From Eledone cirrhosa (Eukaryota): a stretch of DNA of 64,000 nt. The DNA is taken from NCBI GenBank assembly GCA_964016885.1, contig OZ024747.1, positions 45,074,001-45,138,000 on the forward strand. Reading direction: 5' to 3'. Of the stretch, positions 50,217 through 63,736 are shown one piece after another. The notes below the pieces were generated by a model. That model worked only from the letters and a program-made list of their open reading frames with translations, was not told the DNA's origin and did not search any database. Numbering within the stretch: the first letter of the stretch is position 1; every line of letters starts with the position of its first letter. Both the position numbers and the translations under genes were made by a program.

Positions 50217-51148
50217 CTAGCAGCAGTAGCCAGCGTTGCCTGGGTAGGTAAAATAATATCTGATTTGATGAAAAGGTGTTGATCTTAGCGACTGCTTCTC
50301 AATGACACATCTATGGCCACAGACAGGCCATGCGGAGGAGGGTAGTGATGACTTCTATCACTGAGAAACGCGAGTGGCTGACGAAGGGGCATGCTGGGGA
50401 GGGAGGTAATGACCTCTAACACTAAGCCAAATTTCCTCACGCTACTTGATTGGAAACCGATGAATTCTCAAATACACAACTAATAGCTCAGACGTCAGTG
50501 GCCATCGTTTTGCGTTTGATCATCTATAAGATGTGCAATGATAGGTTCTATGGTAGTATAAAAGTTGAACCAAATAAATTGATTTATGTGTGAGGTGGAA
50601 CAGAAGTTTCAAATTTGAACGAAAGTGCTTGAAAAATGTGAGGGCTAGAGCCGAAAAGGGGGAAATTTGAGCGAAAATGTGGTATTTTAAGACGTGAAAT
50701 AATCAGATCCAGCATAGTGTAAAATTTGAACAAAGTAGGTTGATTAATGTGGGAGCTAGAGCCAAAAAAGTGGAAATTTGAGTCTAAAAGTGTTATTTTT
50801 GAATATTTAAGCGGCTGCCACGCCGTACCGGAACAACAAATGCAAAATATAAAGCCATTTTAGGATGTGCAATGATAAATTCTATTTTGCTTTAAAATTT
50901 GAACGAAATCGGTGGCAAAATGTGGGAGCTAGAGCCAAAAATCTTATTTTGCGATACCTAAAAAAGGTCACCCCACTATCGATTTTTATCTGCAGAATGA
51001 CCCTGGAATAAAAAAAAAATGATACGCTGATATGTAGAAAACACTTCTCGATAACTAATCTATGAGCCTGTAAAATCGGTCGTAAGATGTAGGCCCCTAT
51101 AGGTAATACACAGACACACACACACATACTTAATTTTATATATATACA
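50217..51148 (-). mobile_element. Non-autonomous Helitron-like element
   Basis: Reverse strand ends ccaggcaacgctgg hairpin + ctactgctg + CTAG|T; the start resembles T(C)TATATATATAAAA followed by a (TG)n microsatellite; internal aaatttgaac...aatgtgggagctagagccaaaa repeats x3. Confidence 0.65.
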
Positions 51149-51575
51149 TATATATATGTGTGTGTGTGTGTGTGTGTTTGTGTATATAGACGTGCGCGTA
51201 TGTATAGAGTTTTTGTGTTTGTATGTTTGTATGTATTTATGTGTGTATACACCCCCCCCCCTTTTTATATGTGTGTGTGAATTTGTGTGTACATACTTGA
51301 GTACATATATATCTGTGTATATGTATGTGTATGTATTTATGTTCCTGTTCGTTTTTCTATGTAGACGCAAATACGCTTATGTGAGAAAGTATACGTCTAC
51401 GTACTATTATGTATATGTACGTGGTTGAGTGTGTGTATGTTTATGTTCTGGCTATTTATTTATATATATATATATTTTTCCCCTATTTCCTTTTTGCCCG
51501 TTTTTTCAGCCACACTTTCATATTTCCTAAATTTTGTTTTCAAATCCATATTTAATAAAAACACCATGTTATTTA

Positions 51576-51636
51576 TTCATTCTGACGACTGAAGACAGGC
51601 ATAACATCTGCATTCAAGAAACCACTGGTAAATGAA
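51576..51636 (+). ncRNA. Type I hammerhead ribozyme, same family as 44733-44798
   Basis: uucauu CUGACGA cugaagacag gcauaacau cugcauucaa GAAA cc acu gg UA aaugaa; flanks 51530-51660 match the reverse complement of 44705-44840. Confidence 0.8.
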
Positions 51637-52112
51637 ATAATTATCTTATGTTGTTTATTACATAACTAATAAGCTCTGTAGCCTCCATAGAGCACTCTTT
51701 TTTCCTATACCTTTCCGACGAAAGTACTTTGTATGTCCGGGTAAATATTTCAATCATATCTCATTTTGTTTGACCCGTTTAGCTTGTTCGCTTTTTTGGC
51801 TATGGTGGTTAATGGCTTCTTAACCATCATCTCAGCATGTATGACCATTTAAACTTATGTTTATAGCTCTGGTATCTTCTTCATATCCATGGAGCGCTTG
51901 TCTGCACAATATGGAAGTTACGTTTCGCTAATTTCTACCTGCCGAAATGCGATTCTCGCTAAATTTATATTTATATATATATATATATATACATATATAT
52001 ATTTATATATCAATATACATATATTTATATATATATATATTTATATAAAAATATTTATATATAGTTACATCCTTTCCAGTATGTACTTTGGGCTTGACCT
52101 AAGCAGAGTGCA

Positions 52113-52345
52113 ATAGTAATAACAAGTATGGACAAGGTGTCAAATTATTATTAAGTTTATTCAGGTCTGATGTGCATTTTGCAAGTGATCAGCTCAAGGT
52201 TTGATCTCTGAAATTTGATGAGCTGTTGATTCCAGAGTTGGGTTCAATCAATAGAGATTGGACCTTGAGCTGATCAATTGTGAAACATGTGTCACACCTG
52301 AAAAGAATTAATGATAATTTGACACCTCATCCCTACTTATCATTA
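52113..52345. repeat. Diverged fold-back repeat with a decayed HHR 3' half
   Basis: Arms gaggtgtcaaattat / ataatttgacacctc; GAAA c atgt g TC at 52282-52293; related copy at 37850-37935. Confidence 0.6.
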
Positions 52346-52370
52346 TTATATATATATATATATAGGAACG

Positions 52371-52410
52371 AGTAAGACCCCGACGGCTGAGCTCAAGCCG
52401 TTTCGACGGC
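52371..52410 (-). ncRNA. 3' half of a hammerhead motif (CUGANGA part missing)
   Basis: Reverse complement: GAAA cggcu ugagcuc agccg UC gggg; 5-bp stem III. Confidence 0.45.
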
Positions 52411-54133
52411 TAATTCTATATATATATAGTAATCTATATTTCGACGGCTAATTCTATATATATATAGTAATCTATATATATATATATAGTAATCATAATA
52501 AATTTGAAGACTAAAATCCAAAGAGGTCTCGATAAGGATAAATATATATCAAATGTATAAGAACCCTAGAGCAAATATTTATTAAAATAACAGATTAAAG
52601 TTTAAGCAAAGAATCGTTGCTTTCACCCTTATATGTATATATAATATATATATTATACATATGTATACATATGTATAATGTATATATTATTTATATATAC
52701 ATATATATAAAGTATATATATATATGTATATATACTGGTATATATGTTTGTGCATCTTTATGTGTCCATGTCTGTTTAAATCTGCTCAAACATTGCCAGT
52801 ATGGAATGCAAACATAATATATTGTTGATGATATATGTATTTATATATCATTGTCTTCAATTTTACATCTGTCCAACCCATACTGATATAAGTTGGACAA
52901 ATTGTTACTCAAGGCAGTATTCTAAGGCCAGATGTATTGTTTGGATACTATTTCCATCACAAACGTCTTATAAAAGTGCACTGGGTGCATTTAATCAATG
53001 CACTGGCACTAAGGAGGTTTCTTTGTTCCTGGAAAGACAATAGAGTCCTCACTGCTTTATTTTATCTTGTCCCTATTATATAGTCAACATAATCAATAAT
53101 TCTGAAGCATTGCTACTGCTCAGAGCAGTAAACCCTACTACAATAGCACTCTATTATACTGTACCAAGCTAAGTGTCTTGACCAAAGGCATAATTCTATG
53201 TCTGTAGCAATGTGAAATCTACCAATCTCTTTCTTAGTGATCAGCTTACCACATGAACTTGCTCATCCATTTTATACATTCTAGTTAATAAAATGTTTAA
53301 GTATGAATTCCATGTTTAAACCTGATAGTAAATTGGTAACACAAGATAATTAACAATAAAGCTTTTACTTTTCATCAGGTATCAACGTTTTCGTGCGTGT
53401 ATATATGTGTGTGGGGGTGTGTGAGTGTTTGATGGGTCATTTTAGATTCTTCTCCATGATATCTGCCAATTACATTAATGATATAAAATGATCAAGTTAG
53501 TTGCTTTGATTTCTTAATACTAATCTAGCCTGATGACAAGTGACAGATAGTGTCAAGAGTGTAGAGCCAACAATCTTTAATAGGTTAAGAGAAATCATAA
53601 GAGAATATCATATTGCTTCAGTAAAGTAAAAGTGAAGATAAGTCATACATTAGAATGTTATATGAAATGCATTTTAGTATTTGGCTTCAACCTTCTTCAG
53701 ATCTAATTCCAATTCTACCTGGAGGGATTGAGGTCAAACTTGCCTGTATATCATGCTTAAAAACAGAGACACAAGGAGATCACCATCATCATCCTCATCA
53801 TAAACAACACCATCATCATAATAATAAACAACACCATCATCATCATCATCATCATCTTCATGATCATCATCATTGGTGTCATTACCATCATTGCTATTAT
53901 CTTCAGTATCATCCTCCTCCTACTTTATGAATAAATGTATGCATGAATGTCCATCAGTGCATATGTGCATGTGCAATGGGAGAGTTCATCAGTACTATTT
54001 GCATGTACACACAGACACAGTGAGACATGACACATTCCTGACCATACCAATTCACATGTGAACACACAAACACTTGCATAAACAGATGATCACACACACA
54101 CACACACACATACATACACACACACACACACAC

Positions 54134-54193
<60 letters not shown>

Positions 54194-55020
54194 CTATTTA
54201 ATTTAATGAGACACTATGTTTTGAAACAGAAATGTATAAATTTATTCTTCTACAATTATTAAAAATTATACATAAACATTCATAATGTTCATTTGTGCTT
54301 TAATAATATGCAAATTAGTACAGTATATCCATTTCAGGATATTACTATAAGTGATAGTGTACATGAGCCTGTAAGATAGATATTTTTCTTGTTTTTGTAA
54401 AAGAGGATATACATATCATCTGATGAGAATCCAAAGATATCATTTTTTCAATTTACAAGAAAATATGTATATTTGGCATTTGTACTCAATGGGTAAATTT
54501 ATATACATATGTATGCAGTCTCAGTCACCTCCATAAGGCATGTATATAAGTGTATATGTTTGTATGTATGTGTGTATGTATGTATGTGTGTTTGTGTGTA
54601 TGTGTTTGTATGTATGGGTGTATGTGTATATGTATGTGTGTATGTTTTTAGCAGAAAAATAATATTATGCCTACATGGCATAATATTAATAAGATAGAAT
54701 ATATGTTATTGTTGTTATTTGTTATAGTGAGAAATGTAACGTTTGTTAAGTGAGACAGAGACAAAGTAAGCCATAAAGTGAATGTTTGTTGAAGTAGTTG
54801 TAGTTCATTGTAGGCTTTGTAGAAAATAATATTATGAGACTTTATGTATGTATGAATGTGTGTATGTATGTGTGTTTGTATGTATGTATGTGTGTGTATG
54901 TGTGTGTATGTGTGTGTATGTATGTGTGTATGTATGTGTGTTTGTATGTATGAATGAATGTGTGTATGTATGTAATACAAATAATAGATCACCAAGGTTT
55001 AATAATAAATACATTATTCA

Positions 55021-55094
55021 TTTGATTTACATATGTTCCCTCCTCCAAAGGATGTTATTTTCAATACCTTTGTAGAGAAATCATCAGAATCAAA
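55021..55094 (-). ncRNA. Degenerate hammerhead motif
   Basis: Reverse complement: uuugauu CUGAUGA uuucucuacaaagg...ccuuuggaggag GGAA c auau g UA aaucaaa (GAAA changed to GGAA). Confidence 0.65.
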
Positions 55095-55151
55095 GATATA
55101 TAACATATAAAAGGTATTTATTTACCGACTGTTTCTATGTTATATATATAA

Positions 55152-55219
55152 TTGATTCTCATGATTTCTCTACAAAGTGATTGAAAACAACATCCTTTGG
55201 GGAAGAACATGTAAATCAA
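55152..55219 (+). ncRNA. Degenerate hammerhead motif, inverted partner of 55021-55094
   Basis: uugauu CUCAUGA uuucucuacaaag...cuuuggggaa GAA c au g UA aaucaa. Confidence 0.5.
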
Positions 55220-57187
55220 ATAATTTATTTATTCTTAAACATTGGTGATCTATTGTTTGTGTTATATATGCTCTGTGGTTTGCAAATCTACAATGACTGG
55301 GCATAGATACATGTTTATATATATATATATATATAAACATGTATTTATAAACACACACATTTACAATAGAATCTCACACATATAGTGAGCTTGTGGGAGA
55401 ATGGGAAAAATTTGATTTTTTACCAAAGATCAGGTGTGAAAGCATGAAATTTAATGGAATATATTTTTAACAGAAAAATAATATTATGCCTACATGGCAT
55501 AATATTAATAAGAAAGAATATATGTTATTGTTGTTATTTGTTATAGTGAGAAATGTAAGGTTTGTTAAGTGAGAGAGAGGCAAAGTAAGCCATAAAGTGA
55601 ATGTTTGTTGAAGTAGTTGTAGTTCATTGTAGGCTTTGTAGAAAATAATATTATGAGACTTTATAATATTTTACAAGCTTTATTTACAACCGACCACAAA
55701 TGTTAATTTGGGTTGACAAGTCAAAGAAAAGAACAAACAAAATTAAGAGTTTTAAGAAGTAAGGAAAAAGGCGCTGTGCTGGGCCAAAGGCGGAGCCGAC
55801 AGGCCAAAGTGAAAATCTCACCGTCACATCATTGTGTGTTGACCTTTCAGAGTCCAAAGCAGTAAGAGAGCGATTTTTGAATCGCCGCGGGAATTTTTCC
55901 GGAAGTCGAGATACATTCTCCTATGCTGGTAGCGATTGGCTGAACTGAGCCAAATAACATATGGAGAATGTATCCATGAGCCCTCAAAATGTAGGTCACT
56001 ACACATTAAATGCACTCTTGTACCAGATAATTGTGACATTAAGCAGTGTGATGGCTTTGTCTATCACTGAATGTCCATAAATATGTGACACAAGCTACCT
56101 TGTTGTTCACATCTCAAGCATTTAAGGGCTTCACCATTTCTGATGTTCAATAGCCATTTTGTAGCTATCTCCTGGCAGCTAATGTACAGATGTTTGTATT
56201 GATTGATATATGATTCTGGTTGGGTAATTCTTTGAATTTAACTAATAAATTGATAAGAAACGAAAATCCTATTAATGAAACTTACAAATCATAGGAGGCC
56301 ATTTTGATTTGTTACTACCCTTTTTGATTTCATCAGTGACCTAATACCTTAAAATAACTTGCCAGAGAAACTATAAAGAGATGTATATTGTTTTTAAGTA
56401 TAATTACTTTCAGTTGGATTGTGGTTGATTTGGCACAAAAAGACATCAACAACAACATTACCAAAACCAATTTCTTTGAAATAAGCTGTGTTGTGTAGTG
56501 ACAGTTACTAGGCTTCGATGTTCAGAAAGACTTCAGAACATTCTAGGTGGTCAAGGAACATATTTCTTTCTAATTCTGAGGTTGCACCATTGTTGAAAAG
56601 TAGGGGGCAGTAATCTCCAGTGACCCCTCTTTGTAATGGGTTTGATGACTGATTAAATGCTTTTGAACTGAACTGTTGCTAATTCATATCATAGCTGTAA
56701 AATCACTCTTAACATGACAAGCTTTCTCTGTTATTAAATGTTCTCTCCATGAAGAGCAACTTCACAACAAAATGCCTGAATTTCAGTTAATTGCAAAATG
56801 AGATATATTTGTCATTTGTTACACAAATCAATATCTGACCAATCAATGAATCAATAGTTAATAAGCAGATAATAAAATCTTCAAATAACATATTTTCCAG
56901 TCTACTAAACTGATCAACTAATAAAGCCCTTTTTAACAGATTGATTCCAGGTGTCATTAATAGCATTTTATACTACCTGCTATCCTGTACAAATGGTATA
57001 CATGTTATAATTTTATTTATGAATGTAAAGAAATATACATAAATACACATATGAATAGAAACATTTGCAAATATTTGTGTTTTGGTCATATATTTATTCA
57101 CATATATAAGAGATATATTGATTTCTAAATTAGGCACAAGGCCAGCAAATGTGGGAGAAGGGCAAAGGTGACTTTAGGGAGCTTTAG

Positions 57188-57406
57188 ACCTTTAGCATTT
57201 ACATTATTCTATATTTCCTATTATATTTTCACAGTAATGGCTTTACTGTACATAATTATTTCAATTCTATCTAATTAATATCAAATCTATGAGATTTTCA
57301 TATTTATTTTGAGAAAAATACCTTAACACCAGTATGAACAGCTGGTTATAGCCAGTTTGAACAGAAAGAAGTGAGAGAATTCTAGATGGTTTAAATGCGA
57401 AAGTGT
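57188..57406. mobile_element. piggyBac-like MITE, same family as 6443-6645
   Basis: cctttagcatttac ... tttaaatgcgaaagtg|ttaa. Confidence 0.55.
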
Positions 57407-57929
57407 TAAATTCAGAATGTTTAGAACCAGAATACCACAATGGCATTTCAACCAACAATCTGCCACTTCTGTGCCCATACTGGGCTCTATAGTATGAACA
57501 CCTTTTTCCAGTACAAAGACGTTCATAAATACACAAATCGAAATTACTGAAATAAATAGTAAAGTTGGATAATTACTGGAGGCAGGAGCATGGATATGAT
57601 TAACAAAGATTCTTGAAGTTTGTGCTCCAGCATGACTGTGTAGGTCAAAACCTGAAAAATTTCTGTTTAACCAATGCCTAATTGGAAAAGTAGACTGTAA
57701 AGTGGTTGACAATGACATTTAAAACTTGACAATCAAAGGAATACAATCATTCTTCAGTTGTGTCAAATATATATCAACCACCCTTGTACTCATGCTATGG
57801 TAAAATGTATCTGTCGCACTCTGTCAAATGTGGGAACATATGTAAGCATATGTAAGCCAATCTGAGAAATCAGTAGCTTTGATTAAGTATTGACTCGTCC
57901 AACCCTTCCTAGCAAGGAAAATAGACATT

Positions 57930-58124
57930 AAATAATTGTTTCTACCTTTGGCACAAGGCCAGCAATTACCCAGTGTATCACTGGTACTTTATTTTATCGA
58001 CCCCGTAAGGATGAAAGGCAAAGTTAACCTCGGCGGGATTTGAACTCAGAATGGCAAGGGTCGTAGCTCAATGCGTCAAAGCATGGCGTCCGACCCTCTA
58101 CCGATACTGCCAATCCACCGCCCT
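57930..58124 (-). mobile_element. SINE A
   Basis: Consensus match; atggacattaaataat-like duplication at the flanks. Confidence 0.92.
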
Positions 58125-59822
58125 CATGGACATTAAATAATAATGGACATTAAATGGACATTAAATAATAATGATGATGAAACCTCTCAGCTCTTTATAT
58201 ATACATTCTATGTTCTTTATTTTACATTCCAGTTCTTGTGAAGAATTTTCTAACATTCTTCACTATTGTTCAACTCTACCAGCAGATATCCATAGCACAC
58301 AGACCTGCAGTTAAGTGATTAATCAAAACATTTCATCTGATGCTCAAATAATTTTGCTAATCCATCACCTTGGATGGGTAATTTATTAACCCTAAAAGGA
58401 TGAAAGGCCAATTTGACATGAGTGGGGTTTGAACTTGAAGGGCAGTGTGCCAAGACAAATAATACAAGGTTGACAACTGTCAATTTGTTACCTATTTACT
58501 CTCATCATACTTAAACTGTCACAACAACAATTGCCAAAACTGCAGCAACATACTAAATTCTATGAAGAAGTCTTTACAAGTCATTAAGGTGTCTGTTATG
58601 TGGTCACTTGACCTGTTAGAAATAGCAGCCAAATCCCCCTCAAAATCATCCCCTATCAACATAATCATAAAAATGACTGTCTGTTCACAGCTTAAATGTA
58701 TTTGATCATATCTTCTCAGGTTTTATCAGAAGCTAAACAACAGCAGACCTCTGATCTCTGTTGCTGTCTATGTTGTTTTAATGCTGATGATAACTAAGAT
58801 GTTATTACAGTATAAACATGCTACTTTTCCAACTCAATATAAGTATAAAGGACAAGAAGCAAAACAGGAAAAGGAAAATGGAGGTCAATATTTTAAGCTA
58901 AATCATTATATAGAAGTGAAGAATAAATCTCATCATATTTTTAATGAGATGTCAGGAAAGGCAAACCGAGTGTATATAGTGATATTAAGGGAAATATTCA
59001 AGAACAACAATAGCTTAAGTAAAGTGGGAGTGTCTTTTAAAAGTATCATGTTCATAAAAAATACTACCACAGTTCAGAAATACTAGTTTATATTAAATTA
59101 ATTACGAGGTAAAAACTATAAAGATAACAGGCAAAATGTTCAATGTTCATCAAAATAAAGACACTAACTCTATTTTAGTTTTAAGCTTCTCCATAACAGG
59201 AAAGAAAATAAATAAAGTATTATGAGAAAAAGTCTACATGATTCTGTGATTAGTCTAAAGCAATAACTCACTTTCTATGTATCATTACATTTCTTTTAAA
59301 TATTCATAATTTTCTAAATGGCCTCCAACTCTCACAACTCAGTATTCTGGCTACGATCAAACAAGTTGGAGAAGATGAACATTTTTGAATTATATAATAT
59401 TCGTACTGAATATTTAATATTTTTGAAACTCAAATACTATTTCTTGACAAATCATATTCCATTCTTCAGTTGTGCCAAAGACCCTAGTGATCTCCCTAGT
59501 GCTGATGCCATGCTAAAATGCATGGCACACTCTGTAGAGTGTGAGATTGGTGGCAATTCACCCAACTCTTGCTAACAGGAACAATGGACATCAAAGGCAT
59601 GGCTGTGTCTGAATAAGAAGTTTACTTTTTAACTCTACAGTATTGGTTGTCATGGAACTGCACAGTGTGGTAGGTAATTGCCTTCTACCACATACTTGAG
59701 CTTAGCAAAGGTTTGAGAGTGAAATTTGCTTGATGAAAATTCTGTGGAAATATTTCAGATTTTCTGTCTTCCCAATTTCTGTCATATACATATATACACA
59801 TATGCATATATATATATATATA

Positions 59823-60205
59823 TAAAATACGTAGTTAAGAAAGCCACAACAATGCAGAGGGAAATCTCGAGGTAGGAAGTGAATGATAGATAGGAGAAAC
59901 AGGTGAAAGTGAAAATTGAGAGAGACAAAGATGAAAACAAAACAAAGGTAGAAGGGTTACCGTAGTGGAGATTTAATCCCAATATTTCGGGCTGTTCCCC
60001 CCCTTTTGGAACTTTTCCCCTGTTGATGGGCGTGAGCCCGAAATATTGGGATTAAATCTCCACTACGGTAACCCTTCTACCTTTGTTTTGTTTTCATCTT
60101 TGTCTCTCTCAATTTTCACTTTCACCTGTTTCTCCTATCTATCATTCACTTCCTACCTCGAGATTTCCCTCTGCATTGTTGTGGCTTTCTTAACTACGTA
60201 TTTTA
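59823..60205. repeat. Perfect fold-back repeat (~171 bp arms, 41 nt spacer)
   Basis: 59823-59993 is the reverse complement of 60035-60205; ORF track gives the same peptide on both strands. Confidence 0.96.
60016..60051 (+). ncRNA. Minimal hammerhead-like motif with loopless palindromic stem III
   Basis: uccc CUGUUGA u gggc GUGA gccc GAAA ua UU ggga (A6U change, GNRA loop II). Confidence 0.6.
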
Positions 60206-60268
60206 CACATTTCACAATGGTTCAAGCAAACTTTAACACCCTCTTATATATATATATATGTACACATG

Positions 60269-60344
<76 letters not shown>

Positions 60345-60349
60345 TATAC

Positions 60350-60393
<44 letters not shown>

Positions 60394-60596
60394 TCATCAT
60401 CATCATCAACGTTTAACGTCCGTGTTCCACGCTTGCATGGGTTTGGACGGGGGTTTTCCCACTAGAGGTTATATTTAATTTGTTGGGATACAACAAGCAA
60501 AATATTTTTATAACTGATATAAAGCACTCAACAAATTATTGGAGTAAACATACAATATATTAACAAATGGAGACTATATTTATAAAACCATATTTA

Positions 60597-60658
60597 TTTC
60601 ATTATACATATTTCAAGGGCCACCAGAGCAAACTATGGTGCCCTTTCATCAGATAAAA
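60597..60658 (-). ncRNA. Type I hammerhead ribozyme, canonical core
   Basis: Reverse complement: uuuuau CUGAUGA aagggcacca uaguuugcuc ugguggcccuu GAAA u augu a UA augaaa. Confidence 0.85.
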
Positions 60659-60784
60659 TATAATATAGGTTAGTTTTATAAATAAATATTGACATATCCT
60701 TAAAAAATGCAGGAGATTCCAACCAGAATGGTTGCATTTTTAAGGGTAAGTCAATATTTATTTATAAAACTAACCTATATTATA

Positions 60785-60846
60785 TTTTATCTGATGAAAG
60801 CGCACCATAGTTTGCTCTGGTGGCCCTTGAAATATGTATAGTGAAA
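60785..60846 (+). ncRNA. Type I hammerhead ribozyme, canonical core
   Basis: uuuuau CUGAUGA aagcgcacca uaguuugcuc ugguggcccuu GAAA u augu a UA gugaaa. Confidence 0.82.
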
Positions 60847-60899
60847 TAAATATGGTTTTATAAATATGGTTTTATAAATATAGTTTCCATTTGTTAATA

Positions 60900-60932
60900 T
60901 ATTATATATATGTATATATATATATATATGTA

Positions 60933-61006
<74 letters not shown>

Positions 61007-61088
61007 CATATATATATGTATATATATACACACACACACTATATATATATACACACATATATATATACATATGCATATATACATATAC

Positions 61089-61120
<32 letters not shown>

Positions 61121-61371
61121 ATACATATGCATATATACATATACATATATATATACATATGCATATATACATATACATATATATATATGTACATATACAT
61201 ATATATATACATATGCATATATACATATACATATATATATATATACATATACATATATATATACATATGCATATATATACATATATATATACATATACAT
61301 ATATATACATATGCATATATATACATATATATACATATATATACTTATATATATGTATATATATATATACT

Positions 61372-61419
<48 letters not shown>

Positions 61420-61435
61420 TATATACATATGCATA
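60900..61435. repeat. TA/TAC-rich compound microsatellite
   Basis: atacat/atat units; source of many spurious YI-repeat ORFs. Confidence 0.97.
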
Positions 61436-61640
61436 TGCCACACAACGATGCCTGTACTAAGATGGTATTTCAACTAAATTCTCTCCATTCCAGATTTTAG
61501 ATACAAGGCACTTATGAAATCATATCTATTAGAAAGAAAAATGTAACATATTTTAAAAAATGAATCAAATATTTTGCTTAGATTAGTTCCACCATAAAAT
61601 ATTTGTTTTGGATTTTTATAAAACTCAATATAATATTAAC

Positions 61641-61830
61641 CCTTTAGCATTTAAACTGGCTGTATCCGTCCAGAATTCTCTCACCTCTTTTTGTTCAAAC
61701 CGGCCCTAACTGGCTGCTCACATTTATGTTATGGTATTGTTCTCAAAATGAATAATATCAGAATCTCGTAGATTCAATATAATGAGAGATAATTATGTGT
61801 GGTAAAACATTTACTGTGAAAATATAAGAG
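61641..61830. mobile_element. piggyBac-like MITE, left part
   Basis: ttaa|ccctttagcatttaaactggctg matches 6443 onward. Confidence 0.6.
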
Positions 61831-63384
61831 TAAATATAGAGTAATGTGGTAACATATGTGGTAACATATGTGGTAACATGTGATTAATGTGGTAACATAT
61901 GATTAATTTAAAATAAAATATATAATTTATGTCGAAGCAATGATTTTTCTTATAGTCATTATTTTATAATACTAATTTAGGTTAACATAATAAATGATTT
62001 GTAAATTCATTTAGAATTTAATCTTCTTTAAAAGAAAATGTACAATGACAGTTTTAGATTTGGTAAATTATTGAGAAGGTTAATATGAAGGGATATAAAT
62101 GTCTCAGAAATAGATATAAAAATATTGGTTTAAGTAATAAGGTCATATGAGAAGTTTTTGGCAGATTCTTTGATGATCTAGTACAATAACAAAGAAATGA
62201 TAAAACATTAGTAATACAGAGAAAGAAGCCAAGATTGTTTAACCAGTTGATCTCCTGGTGACTTGAAAAAGGGCAGAAAGCCAATATGGCAACAAAAGAG
62301 GTCAGTATGGGATTGCCAATTGAGAAAAGTTATTGGGGCACAACTAAAGATATATAGTAGTATTATTTCCAAATAAATAAAATCTGAGATTTATTAACTG
62401 TCAAATATTGATGAGAGACAAAGTGATTGTAGACCTTGGCCTTTGCAATGCTGAAAATTTGGTTTGCACCAAGAGACCTGGAACTTTTAATAGAAGCATG
62501 GCACTAGCAGACATGAATTGAAAATGTTTGCTTTAATCATTTCTGATCTGACAAGATTCAATAAACAAACAAATATTTACCTGAATGGCTTGGTTTACTT
62601 TCAACTCTTTCCCTAGATCTTAAGACATGGCACATAATCAATCTCTCAATAAATTTATTTTCATTAACATAGCAAGCACAATATGACATTCATTATATTT
62701 GCCAAACATCAGAAAATTGAGTCATTGATATAAAAATAAAAATAAAGAAAGGAAATCCTATTGGTGTTTCAATTATTTCTTGTGCTCTTCTGCAAATATA
62801 TTTCATTAAAGTAAATAGAAAATGCCAAATGTAAGTGATGAATTTTCTAAGACTGCAAAACAAGGTTTTTGTTACGATATTAATTTTGTATATTCTGTTT
62901 GATATTCAGAAGATGAAAGACTCAAAGTTATGTGAAATTTAGTGGTCTTAATAATTATTTCTGACGTTGAGATTAAGCTACACAATATAAGGCAGGATTA
63001 ATGTATCACTTGAATGAAGCATAATACATGTTTTAGTCTTATTTTATTGATTCCAGAAGTAGATCTTGGTAGGATATAAGTTGAAATCAGAAGAAGAAAA
63101 CGAAAATTTGAAAGCCATACTATTAAGAGCATTCTAGCATTTATAAATTCCTCCTGTCTTAAAGATTTCAATATTCTATTTAATAGGGAACGGAGTCTTT
63201 TGAAAACACACTGTCACACAATATGAATAGTTGCTACACACATATGTATGGATGATCCCATAATTCCTGATAGAGTCATAGGCCTGCCTTATTGATATTT
63301 GACACTTCCTGGACATTTTAAGCCTGGTGGAGCCCATCTTTCTGCAGGCCTGAGTACAGCAGATTTCTTCCAGAGAGAGGAACA

Positions 63385-63535
63385 ATTGACCCCAGCACTA
63401 GAAGGGTACTTTTTTTATCGACCGCGAAAGGATGAAAGGCAAAGTTAATTTTGGCGGGATTTGAAATCAGAAAGACGGAATGAATACCATAAAGAATGCT
63501 ATCTGACATTCCAACAACTTTGCCAATTCGCCACC
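63385..63535 (-). mobile_element. Old SINE A
   Basis: ttttatcgacc...aggatgaaaggcaaagttaa...gggatttgaa. Confidence 0.75.
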
Positions 63536-63576
63536 ATATACATACATGTACACACATATACAGCTCCACAAAAATC

Positions 63577-63634
<58 letters not shown>

Positions 63635-63672
63635 ATTAACAAATGGAAACTATATTTATAAAACCATATTTA

Positions 63673-63736
63673 TTTCATTATACATATTTCAAGGACACCA
63701 AGTTAAATTAAGGTGTGCTGCTTTCATCAGATAAAA
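63673..63736 (-). ncRNA. Type I hammerhead ribozyme, third copy of the 60597 family
   Basis: Reverse complement: uuuuau CUGAUGA aagcagcacacc uuaauuuaacuu gguguccuu GAAA u augu a UA augaaa; core conserved, stem II rewritten. Confidence 0.8.

Larger units (their letters stand above)
54648..55662. repeat. ~195 bp direct repeat pair (54650-54843, 55469-55662) enclosing an inverted HHR pair
   Basis: cagaaaaataatattatgcc...ttatgagacttta duplicated with few substitutions. Confidence 0.92.
60558..60900. repeat. Fold-back repeat (~155 bp arms, 21 nt spacer), an HHR in each arm
   Basis: 60558-60711 mirrors 60733-60900; third copy at 63631-63810. Confidence 0.94.

Noticed and set aside
55700-56100. 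GC/CpG-richer patch as a promoter or DNA-transposon fragment
   Set aside because: No recognisable motif, ORF homology or termini by eye
60787-61500. Many long YI/CV/HT-repeat ORFs (also 22694-23138, 30752-31102, 41525-42026, 53954-54262)
   Set aside because: Translations of (TA)n/(CA)n microsatellites, which lack stop codons
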